In this document: in pieces, positions 1 to 11,714 of the stretch
Position numbering within the stretch: position 1 is the first letter of the stretch
Layout of the letters: each line of letters starts with the position of its first letter
From: Antedon mediterranea
Taxonomy: Eukaryota; Animalia; Echinodermata
NCBI RefSeq assembly: GCF_964355755.1
Contig: NC_092679.1
Location: 1,146,201 to 1,210,200 of the forward strand
Length of the DNA stretch: 64,000 nt
Direction: 5' to 3'
Program-made: the position numbers and the translations under genes
Notes under the pieces: generated by a model
Told to the model about the DNA's origin: nothing
The model's database searches: none
Seen by the model: only the letters and a program-made list of their open reading frames with translations

Positions 1-160
1 AACTCATATTATTTGTAACCTCAGAATTTGCAACTCATCTAATTGCAACCTTACAACAACTTTGGTGACGACCAACTCGGGAATCTGTAAAAAAGTTTCC
101 AGTGTAGACTTTTACTAGCAGAAAAGACGGTTGGTAGAATATGTTGTATGGATGTCTTAC

Positions 161-3100
161 CGATATTTTTGCAAGAATATACAACAACAATGAAAGAAAC
201 GCCAGGTAAACACGAATCCTTTGCCCTCCATACCGTTTCTTCATGTATTCAGGCAAAGTATTAATCTGAAAGAAAAACAAACGTTAGGCCTATTATTACA
301 GTATATATTATTATTACTGCCTTTCCGCTGAAAAGTCTGCCGACATTTCCGCTTGAGCTGCTCCGTAAATCTCTTTACCAGTTTCTTCCAGTCTGATCTT
401 TCATTGGCTAGTTCTTTAAGTTGTTTCATGTCTTTCTTGGTTTTCAATTGTCCGGGATACTTAAACGTCTGCGTTATGCTTATAAAGGGTGAGTAGGTCG
501 TTGCTGAGAGTTATTGGTAGGGTGGTTCTCGGTCTTCCTCGAAATTTTATATTGGTAGTGTTGCTGAAATAATAGCTTATTGCTGTGTTGGCTGCTGTAC
601 ATGGGTCTTGTCTAAGTATGTGACCTAATAGTCTCCATCTTGCGTCCACTATTTCTAATGAAATCGGTTTTGTTCCTGTCCTGTATAAATATTTATGTTC
701 GATATCCTGTCTGGGAACCTGATACCTATGATTTTGCGAAGTTGCTATCTGTGAAATGTGTCGAGTTTATGTGCTTCTTCTTTTGTGAGTCCCCATGTTT
801 TAGAGTTGTATAGTAATATACTTTTAACTAGTGAGTTGTACAGCTTGATACGTATTTTTAATTTAATTTTATCTTTTCGAAGCCACATCGAGTTTAGTTT
901 GGTCATTGCTACACGCGCTAGTTGTTTTCTTCTAATTATGTCTTGTCCAAGGAGCGATTCTACGTTAGGCCTATAAAGTTTTAAATTACAACTACTGTGA
1001 AGAACGTATGTTTGAAAGACAAATACAGAGATACTTACCCCACTCGCGATGTACACTGGCAAAAACACCCATCCAGTGAGCTGTAGCAGAATGCACGCCT
1101 GTAATTCAATAATTGACAATTTAGTTAGCTGTATTATTTTGTTTTATTTCATTACTGTGCCAAGCAATATGATTGTTTTCTTTGGAGAAAAAAAGGCATA
1201 ATTACGTTGAGCTCGAATGCCCCGACACCAATACCAGAAGCTGCCCCAGATCCAGCTAAACCAATAAAATGCTCAGTACCAATGTTACTGACAAACAGTG
1301 ACGCACCAACCTATATAAAAAACAGGGCATTTTATTTTTGATAAAAACTTTGAAGAATCAAGACGGAGGTATAACCTCCATAGATTAACGAAGACAAAAA
1401 ATGAGAAAAATGATAGGATGGAGCATGGATTAAGGAATATTCCTTAATCCATGGATGGGGATAAAATGAACAGCGGTCTCTGAGTACCTGAAAGATAACA
1501 GTTGGGAGAGGTGGAACGAAGATGGAAATTGAAAATGAATCAGCGAGTTTTTTATTTCTAAAAGCTAAAGGGAAAGTGAAAAACATAGAATTAAAATATA
1601 TATTAGGCTTTACAAATATTTTGTTTCAATTATCATTCAATGTAAGTCACCTTTTGACATCTATTATGAATGTATATCTATAAAGTGATTTTTGTTTGAT
1701 TGATTGATTTAGCAGGCTTTTTTGCGAACATTAAAGCGTATTGCGCCTACAATATAATGTGCTGGTACGGTATATACGCTACCGTATGCAGTTAGCAGAT
1801 CAATTAATGCCAACACTCCTCGAGGTCGAGAAAATGTAGCACAATGAACATAAAAATGTAAGCACGTGATTTTTCACAAAAGAGGACACAATATTGCACA
1901 CGGGACACAATTGCACTTACCGGGAGCCAGAACATACTACGACCAGCAAGAAAGTAACCGGAAACCGTCCCACGATTCGATCTACACAAAGACTGTTTGT
2001 GAAAAGAAAAAAGACCGTATAGTGTTAAAGAATAGATTGCCTGTATTAAAGGCCCGTTTATACTACGGACGAATAGATTGCCTGTATTAAAGGCCCGTTT
2101 ATACTACGGACGAATAGATTGCCTGTATTAAAGGCCCGTTTATACTACGGGCGAATAGATTGCCTGTATTAAAGGCCCGTTTATACTACGGACGATCGAC
2201 GATAGATAAACAATATACCGGTACAGACTAACAAAAGAAATCGATCAAAATATATTTTGTAAATATTATTAAACAAAAGAATCAACGTTAAAGGATAAAT
2301 ATTATGTTTACAGTAAATAGATAGTAAGGAATAAGAAAGAATATGTATTGTTAAATGAAAATTTGTTTGCATAGATAAATCCAAAGAAAAATAAAATAAG
2401 ACAAACCCATAGGAGATGTTAAATTAGATGATTTTATTAAACATAAAATGCCTTTTATAATAATTGTATGAAATAAATATGCATAGATGAAAAAAATGGC
2501 TATGTAAGAAAAAATAATTGCTTGTTAATGAAAATGTATTATAGATAATATGTATAAAAAGAGGAAACTATTAAGAGAAAAGATAAAACAAAAATCAATG
2601 AGATCAAATGAACAAAATTCTTTAAAAAAAGTGTATGTAAACAGATGGTGAAAACAAACATTGTTAATATAATATATGTATAGTGTATTGAAATGTAAAT
2701 GTTTAGAGAAAAATATATGTAAAGAGAACATAATGTATGGAAATAAAAGTAGGATGAACCCATCAGTTTTCATCTTAATTTAGGATAACCATTTATGCTT
2801 GATGAAAATATTAGGCAATTTAAAATCCAATTAAAAACAAAAAAAGCGTTGTAACGTAACGAAATCACTCTTTCATGACGTCATTAATTTGATTGAACTT
2901 GTGAAAATATTATTTTCAAGACAGCATCAAATGGTTATTGTTATGCGATTTCTTTTGTTTTAAAAATGCATATTTATCTATTTATCGTCGATCGTTATCG
3001 TTATCGTCCTTGTCCTAGTTAGTAGACTGGTAAAATAGACGTCTTGGTTCTTTGACGCAACGCAGGCTACTGGCGCGTAGCGCAGATGAGTTGACCAATC

Positions 3101-3664
3101 ACGCGTTTGATGTAAATTGCTCGTGCGCAAGCTTCGAATAAAAGCATTAGAAATACCACCAGAGGCTCCTAAACAACTAAACGGATGCTGGATAAATAAC
3201 CTTTGACCTACAGATAGTATAATAAATAACATTTTGTCATACATTAATCGTTGAGAGTTGAGAGATATGATACATTTGAATTTAATGTGGTACCTTCCTC
3301 CTATTTCATCATAACATTAAAACTCATCAGGGACTCAGGCGTGAAATCCTGGCGCCTGTTCATCGCATTTACAAACACAAATTGCATAATGCCTACAACA
3401 AACAATATCCTTATGTTTATAATTTTATTTTTAATAACTTCGCCTAGGTATATTTAGAATTGTAGATGCTTGCTGTAACAACCCATCGCCAAGACATAAT
3501 TACGTGTTTATCCGCATCATTCTTAAAACAACAACGCTGAAATAACACAACAGTACATCTTTCTGAAATGTCATTATACTTACATACATGGCGACTGCTA
3601 ATACAAGCAATATGTATATTGCAATTGCAGCAAAATCCCAAGCATTTAACTGGTTTGTTGCCAT
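161..3664 (-). CDS. SLC5A3-like: Sodium/myo-inositol (SGLT-family) cotransporter, first five coding exons; continues beyond the left edge
   Basis: Exons 3664-3584, 1992-1921, 1310-1206, 1098-1039 and 265-161 are all phase 0 with GT-AG. They translate to [141 protein letters not shown], a classic SLC5 N-terminus closest by recall to SMIT1. The exact paralogue is uncertain. Confidence 0.93.
294..961 (-). mobile_element. 5'-truncated RTE-type LINE in SLC5 intron 4
   Basis: RT C-terminal motifs ([42 protein letters not shown]) with stops, a (TAA)n-type tail, and a 13-bp TSD ACGTTAGGCCTAT at 281-293 and 962-974. Confidence 0.88.
2030..2193. repeat. 41-bp tandem repeat, about 4 copies
   Basis: Unit gaatagattgcctgtattaaaggcccgtttatactacggac. 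Confidence 0.95.
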
Positions 3665-5075
3665 GATTATTAAACAATCTATTATCGGCGATGCAGTTAT
3701 GTTTCTCCTCGTATCGTATTCCGTGTTTTCGTACTAGTGGGTGAGGTCGAATCTATAAAACACGCTTGGCCAGAGATGTGTAAACGCAACACGCATGATT
3801 TAATATTACTGTGGTTAACCATGGCACTAACCATGGGTTAACCAATCACAATCAAGATCTCAGCCAGAGACAATAAACCATTTTTGGCAAAAGTTGGGGA
3901 TTAGCGTTGTTTTTTTTTTAAGCCAAAGGCATGATCAAAGTTAATCAGAATGAGAAAACCAGAAATTATTTATTTGATAAGAATAATATATAACAGATGT
4001 TGTTACGTAAACACGCAGTCAACTTGGTGATGATTATGCCTAGCCGCCTATTTACGTACATTTCTGTTTCTGCTGCCAAGTACCGGTATTTAATATTGTT
4101 TGAATACCGACGTATGTAGGCATTTTTTTTTTTCAAAAAATAACTTTTCGGACTTCCAGTCAAAGTTTTCGATCAAAACATATCTCAATGCAACGCGCCT
4201 GTTTGGCTACTCTGTATGCATAATCATAAAACTTCTCGCGATCTGTTTGAAAACACCTTCTCAACCGTGAAGTTGTAAAAAGTTTGGGGGGCATTTTTTG
4301 TTAATAGCAGGCAACCATGTTGAATGTATCCTTTGTGGGGTGACAAAAACGATAGGGGTGGATGCCATCTTCAGTTTTGGGTTTTAAGGTCAGTTTATGT
4401 GGTCAAGAGGTCAAGCAAGGTCAAAATATAGGATTTTTTTTTATTCACGGAAAATCATCTACATCATCAGATCTATCCAAAAAAGTATATCTGAAGATCA
4501 ACTGAAGCTTCATATTATAGTAATTATGAGAGAAACATTTAATTTTACACATAAAAACATAGGAAATTAAATATAAAAGTGTCATTTTCTCAAAATGTTG
4601 TTTTCACATATTTCTGTAAAGTACACACAGTTTTTTAATAGGCTTTTCCCAGTCTGTTGTAAATTTGTCTTTTTTATGTTGCCCACCAGTCATCGTTTTG
4701 ATTTTTGTCGGAAAAAATAGGTCAAGTGTTATGTATGAAACGCCATATGTACCAAAAGATTGGTCTTTTACTATAGTATTAATATTACTTATAATAATGT
4801 AATACAGTAATATTTAGAAATTTGTTTTTAGAAAAATTATTAATATTACCTATAATAATGTAAAATATTTAGAAATTTGTTTTTAGAAAAATTTCGAAAA
4901 CAGAGACCCCCTATATGACCTAATGTCGAGATGTTTTTGTTTGGGTCAGAGACCCCCTATAATGTAATTATTTAAACATTTTTTCATTATTTCAATGATA
5001 CAAGTTTTTATTGAAGTTTGTTGAGAAACCTGGGTATCGAGTCTTTGTTTTCAAAAACCCTAACTATTGGACTTT

Positions 5076-6940
5076 GGATAGACCTTTAGAATTAAATTGG
5101 GTAAAACACCCGATCAAAATTTTAGGCATATATGTAGGGTATAATACAGAAGAATGTACCAGAAAAAACTGGGATGTTAAATTAATAGAGCTAGAAAAGA
5201 CTTTAAAACAATGGAATGCTAGAAATCTCTCAATTTTTGGTAGAATAATAATCCTGAAAAGTCTTGCACTATCTAAATTAACATATGCTGCAAATATCAC
5301 TGATGTTCCAAAATATGTATATACACAAGTTACAAATCTAATATATAATTTTATTTGGAACAATAAAAGGGAAAAGATAAAAAGAAAAACTCTAATTGGT
5401 GATGTTGAGATGGGAGGCATTAAAATGCCTGATTTTACTCTTCATGTTAACGCACTCATGTGTGGCTGGCTAAAAAGAATTATGAATGATGATGGTGCTA
5501 AATGGAAAAATATTCCAATGTATTATATTTAAAAAATATGTGATGTTAATGTTTTACTTAATATGTCATGTTATAACATTATTGATGTTAATTCTGATAA
5601 AATTCCACTGTTTTACAAAAATATGATAAAAGCCTACATAAATTATAACAGAATCTCTAAAAAAAAACCTGAAACTTATAACGATATAATGAATGAGCAA
5701 CTGTGGGGAAACCACTACGTTAAACTAAAAAAAAAATCGCTTTTCTACAAGCATTGGATTGACAGTGGCATTATCAGTATTAAAGACATTGTTAATAAGA
5801 ACACTTTTTTTAACATCAAACGAAATACTGGTGAAACTACAATGTAAAACAAACTGGTTAAATGAGTATTTGTGCATTATTAAGGCAATACCAATTCAAT
5901 GGAAACGTATTATTAAGGAGGTAGATATTTTCAATTGTGATGATAATGATGAATTAGTTGGGACCAAGTATGAGATTAATACTACCAAACTAATATACTC
6001 ATGGTTTGTGAAAGAATATTTCATTACTCCAATGTCACAACTAAAATGGGAAGAGTACTTCAATGATAACAACATTGATTGGAAAACTTCTTGGTTATGG
6101 AAAGTATGTAAAATGAAAGATAAGAAACTAGCACAATTCAATTATAAGATGTTACATAGAATACTGCCTACCAACAAACGGCTGTATCAGTGGAAAGTTA
6201 AGGAAACACAAACGTGTGACAAATGTGGAGAAATTGAAAATGAAAATCATTTGTTTTTTAGTTGTAGATTTATTCAGAAATATTGGAGGAAAATGCTTAG
6301 TATCTTTGTAAGTTTAAATCACAATAATATATCATTTAAACAATTAATACTAGGAACGGGAGATAAGCTAATAGATTATATTTAAACTTTTGCAGCATTT
6401 ACTATTTATAGAATAAAAATGTTATCTGCACTAAATAAGCCAGTGGGTAAATCTTTATGGAATTCATTTAAAAGCAATATGTTATATAATATTGAATGTG
6501 AAACATATAACAATAAAGAAACAAGTATAGAAAAATGGGTAGCTTTAAGAAATAAGATTATGATAATATAATTTCTAATTTGATACGATCAACCGAAAAA
6601 GAATTACAGTGATACGGGTTACTGGTGGTACTGAGCTATTATTGTTTTTTTTATCATGTACATAAATATATTGTATAATCCGGGTTGTAAAATGAAAACA
6701 AACAAATGAAAATGTGTGAACTATTTTAAAACGGGATAGATGATAATGATGATCCTGTCAAGTGTATAACAAAATATAAGAAAATTAATGAAAAAAGGAG
6801 TAATACAGAATTCATTATGTAAAAATGTTACTTATGAACTGTAACGACATTTACAAGTTAAATAATACGATTTTATGTAATATGAGATAACATGAATGTG
6901 AATAAAAGTGGTGTTTGTGCCACAAAAGAGAAAAAAAAAA
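5076..6940 (+). mobile_element. 5'-truncated L1/Tx1-clade LINE (frameshifted ORF2 C-terminus)
   Basis: ORF pieces (IKILGIY, WNARNLSIFGRIIILKSLALSKL, GGIKMPD, zf-RVT-like CDKCGEIENENHLFFSC), AATAAA at 6901, a poly-A tail, and a 14-bp TSD AACTATTGGACTTT at 5062-5075 and 6941-6954. Confidence 0.92.
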
Positions 6941-7149
6941 AACTATTGGACTTTATCAAGGTTGGAAGGAGTGGTAATTGGGGACTTCTTCTTGAGGCCT
7001 TCGCATCTATGCTATCATGGCTGATGGTGAAAACTCCTTAAGTAATTAAGAAGTCCTTTATAGATAAAGACGGTTTTAACGTTATTTACAAACATTACGT
7101 TACGTACTGTGTCCAGGTATGAAATCCATTTCTCCAAAAAGACATAAAC

Positions 7150-7505
7150 GCACTTGAAGAGGACAACGTCATGCGACAAATCAAATTCCAGCTATCCATT
7201 CTTATTCATATGAAGATCGTTTAAAGTTTCTTGGCCTAACAACCCTGTATGGTGGTGACTTGATTGAAAATTTTCAAAAGATTTCGAGGGTGTAGCCAAG
7301 GAAAACTTCCTTCAAATGAGATGCAATCTAAGCAGAAATACACGAGAACACCAGCTTAGACTTTTTCAACCTAAATTTCACAAAGGACTGATAGGAGATC
7401 CACTTTTTCACAATTAGTAATTATATATTTGAATAGTTTGCCAACCAAAGTCGTCATTTCTGAAACCACCAACACATTTAAAAACTGATTGGATTCGTTG
7501 TAGAA
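7150..7505 (+). mobile_element. Degenerate CR1 LINE 3' fragment
   Basis: Relic translation SYEDRLKFLGLTTL, GDLIE, TREHQLRL, NSLPTKVV, NTFK is typical of the CR1 ORF2 end. Confidence 0.65.
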
Positions 7506-10500
7506 ATTAGGTTAAAAGGGTAAACAAGTTTCAGAACCAAATATTCTAAACACTGAGTGGATGATTGATCAATTCAAAATAGAATCATTGGTATAACAAG
7601 AAACGCTGTAATTCATTGATAGGTTCTGCATGACATGATCAGACTGATCACGAATCACACATAATAACCAATATTCTTTTGAACTGACAGATGATAAGAT
7701 CTTATATTTAAAGTAACAACTTATTGAAAGAAAAAAAACAGTAGAACTTAAAACTTCATGAGCCACTGAGAAAGCATTGCTCTAAACCTTTCTATAAGGC
7801 AACTGTTTCGATAAAGTATACTTAAAACTGACAGAAAATCTGGTGATCAACCATTGGAGTATGATCATAGCCCAATTTTAATATCTTTAACCAAATATGA
7901 CTTCACATATCTTGATGGATGGCGTTGAAATACCCACAGATGTTCCAGAAGAAAACTTACTGTAAAGACATGATGGCCATGCACTATAGGATGCAGTAAA
8001 CATGGCTGTAAACATTTGGTGACAATGCAAGTATTTATGCAAGTTACCTAGATATTTCGTCATTTTGTTGTATTTGATCATTACATTGGAAAGGGGTGGA
8101 TAAAAGCAGTGACACGATTGAAAGGATAGTCCCAATGTACTAATCTGTACTTCCGTACGTGTTTTGGGCCACACTCATCGGTTTGGAGGAGAACAAATAT
8201 CACAAACTTTTTAGACATTCTTTATGTCAATAACAAAGAGCTTGCAATTATACGAAAGTTGATGTTAATTAATAATATGCACTTTGTAACAGTAGCCTAC
8301 AAAAGTATGGACGATGTCTGGTATAGTGAACAATAAAGTGGTTGAAAAACTATTAAGAATAATCTAACCAGCTTCCATGCCATTACAGGTTGCAGCACGT
8401 CATTATTTGCTGGTTATGGGAAATCATTTGTAACGCATCCACTCCTTGTAAATGGAATTGATTAAGATTAAGACTTTCCACGTACAGTGTACACTAAAAT
8501 TTAATATTGCAAAATATATGGTACTTTTGAGCAGATAACTGTATAATAACAGACTACTCTTTGGTGCTACCTCCATCTAGACTCAGTGACCATATACCAT
8601 TAATACTAGTGATGTATATTTCCCTTAAATATTAAGTATTTCACTTCACTCAATAAATATTTAAGGACTGTATTTCTACTTCGGGAAACACTTAAAATAA
8701 AAAAAACTCACCTATGGTGAATACAGACATCATAGAACCTAAACATACGAGCCAACTATCAGGCAGAGATCAGTATGTGGCCTAAATGAATCGGGTCGTA
8801 AGCCCCTAACCCAGTTGTCAGTTTGGAACTTGTTACATGTGTATGTAAACTAAAGAGCCAGATGAAGTTGTTACCGAAAGCATGCATGTGGTTGTGATTC
8901 AATCGTTTGCCGTTACCCAGATGGCCAGTAGGCATTATATATCAGTGCTTGAAGAAATACCCACCTCCGAGCGTTACCTCCTTCCATCCCAGAAAAATTT
9001 AGAATATTGGCATTTGCCCTTGCCGCCCATTACTCCCAACCCACAAACCCTCTGTGACCGTTTTTAAATGAAATTTAAGACATTCCAGTAGGCCTCCAAT
9101 TTCGGTTATATTGATACTCTAGGACTCATCCTCTCCATTCCTTGAACACCTTCCAGGAGTGACTCCAGTTTAAAATCTTCCCAGTACAATTCTGGTCTTT
9201 TTGACACCAAACTATAACCATCAGCTCCAGGCTATCATGAAAATTATATTTATTTCAATTATTAATACCGATAATTAACAGGTCTGTGCTCTATTTGACC
9301 TTATGACCTTGAAAATGACCTTTAAACTTGTAAGTTGAAAAATTGATGGACTTCACCATCTAGCAATATGTCAATAATGATCCAATAATGGTTACATTTC
9401 TTTTAATTAGCTTATATGTTGTTGAAAACAGCTTAAACCTCTATTTTACCATATTTGACCTTATAACCTTGAAAATGACCTTTGACCTGAAATTTGAGAG
9501 CGGCATCCACCCCTATCTTTTTTGTCATCCCATAAGGGATATATTCCACATGGTTGCCTGCTATTAACAGAAAATTCCCCCCATGATGAAAAAGCTCACA
9601 TTGGCCGCCCTACTATTTCGCTCGCGACGATTTTCCAGACGAAATGTAATCAAACTAATTTACCTGTTAATTACATAAACTTGTTGTTTTTGGCTCAAAT
9701 TTTCGATTTAAAGTGAATAACTTTAATATTACTTTGATATGGCCAATTTAAATTTAGAAAATTTTGACCTTGATTTTTATGTGTTTCAAGAGACAATACA
9801 AGTTTTTCTCGCACAGCTTGTGAAACACAATGAACAATGCAGTTTATTCTTTGTACAGTACTACTGTTGCTGATCACAATAGTACCAATATTGTCTTTTC
9901 TAGAATAAAAAGCAATTTTAGGCTTAATATTAGAAAGTTGTCCTTCAGTTGTGAAAGTGTACTCGTGGAATAGCCTAGCGGGAGAGTGGGGTTGGTTGAA
10001 TCGGGGGCACGTTGAATCAGCCCTATTATTTGAGAAATTACAATGGTTGAACTATCTCGCATTGTTCTAAAAATCCAGCTAGGTTTATGCCTGTAAATAA
10101 ATGTTAGGTTTTTGAAAGATTTTCGTTTTATTTATTTATCATGAATATTTTCCTGAAATCTATAGTAGGCCTAGCCTTACACATTATATTAGGGCAAAAT
10201 ATTATATGATTGCTTCTTGTAGAGCCACGTATTTGTAATTGTAAACTCAATATTAAATATAGAAATGTTCTTGTACAGAAAATAGAATTTTAAAATGGAA
10301 GAAATTGTTATTATTTGGGCCTATTGTATTTTTTTAAAATATTAAATAATTAACCCTCTTTCTTTCATTTTTACGGTTTAGCCTATAAAATAGTTATCAA
10401 TTATTTAAAATATGCAATATAACAACGTATCTTTAATTATTAATATTATAATCATTCTATGAAATAAATAAAATTAAAAGGCTGGTGGCTACTTTCATTT

Positions 10501-11065
10501 AATATTATACTAGTCGCTTCAGTGCTACATATTTTCCATATTAATCCTAATTATTGTCGCCTCCTCTTGGTAAGTTGCTTCTAACTTCTAACTTCTAAAT
10601 ATGTTGTCTGATGTCTATATCATTCATTGTGTTGCCTAAAGGAATGTTAGGGCCAGTGGCCTATATTGAATACAAGAATGAACGAATGATTAACATATAC
10701 TGTTAATTACAGCTTCACAAAATAAAAATATGATAAAAAATAGGTTCGACCTACACAAAGGCTGTGACGTGTGCAAAGAAGAAGAAGAAAAAAAAACTTT
10801 GCAACATTAATTAAAAGTTAAGAATGAATGATTGCCTATAATTAAATCTTGGTTCCCACTGCTAGTAGAGGCGCGCCGCGCAAGTGAGTTTACCAATCAC
10901 AGGCGACAGTTCGCGGATTATCCTCCAATCATCGCGTCGTGTATGTGTGGTATGATATTACTTGCGTTGCGAGTTTTAAGCTCTATACGTAAAATTAGAA
11001 ATACCACAGATACATAATAGCTCCTGCAAAATGAACTAAACTGGAATAACAATTAAAATACTTAC

Positions 11066-11145
11066 ATACATGGCGACTGCTAATACAAGCAATATTATAT
11101 TACAATTGCAACCAAATCCCAAGCATTTAACTGGTTTGCTGCCAT
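11066..11145 (-). pseudogene. Duplicate of SLC5 exon 1 with a 1-bp deletion
   Basis: 80 nt versus 81 nt at 3584-3664; reads MAANQLNAWDLVAIVI*. The GTAAGT donor is kept, and the flanks (~10990-11045, ~11215-11250) resemble ~3145-3190 and ~3735-3775. Confidence 0.85.
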
Positions 11146-11714
11146 GATTATTAAACAGGATTTACAGTTTGTCGGATTCCGATGTCGAGCTGGTGGGTGA
11201 GGTACTGCTGAGCTTGTGGGTGAGGTCCTTCGTAAACATGCTTGACCAAACACACATACAGTATATACCTCGTGTTTAACCAATCATATAAGATCAATTC
11301 AATCAAATAATTAATTCATTAATTCGCCAGATATAAATGATCCCGTATCCCGCAGATATGAGTTTAAAGAACTATTATAAGCCTAGGCATATTATATTAA
11401 TCTTAAAAATGAATCGAAATAGATATAAATATTATAAGTCCAAAAAGAGACCGAAAGTATTTATAGGCCTATTTATTTTTTCCATCTTGTTCATCCTACC
11501 ACCTGGTATTGAGTGGAAAATGCAGTTTATAATTCTACTATACCGCCCTCATAATATTAGTTAGTATATCGATAGATCGGAACATGGAGCTAGCCTGATA
11601 TATTGTTGTTATTTTGTCTGATTTTTTTTGGTTAAAAATGACCGTCATCTTTAATTATTGATAGTACATATTAAAGTGATTATTCCTATAAGAATCACTA
11701 GTTTAATTAGAAGC

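Larger units (their letters stand above)
4284..9615 (+). mobile_element. Decayed Academ(X)-like DNA transposon with long imperfect TIRs, hosting nested LINEs
   Basis: 4284-4375 is the imperfect inverse of ~9490-9585; the right end is ...gccgccctacta. Internal relics read FHAITGC (~8375-8395), RANYQA (~8745-8765) and LELVTCVCK (~8825), matching the XPG-like nuclease and Cys-rich tail. It splits a MITE that is intact at 22901-23445. Confidence 0.65.

Noticed and set aside
745-1119. 124-aa ORF that appears to fuse a transporter to an RT
   Set aside because: Read-through from SLC5 exon 4 past its GTAAGT donor into the intronic RTE fragment.
5011-6385. Three plus-strand ORFs as host genes
   Set aside because: Frameshifted pieces of one 5'-truncated LINE bounded by a TSD.
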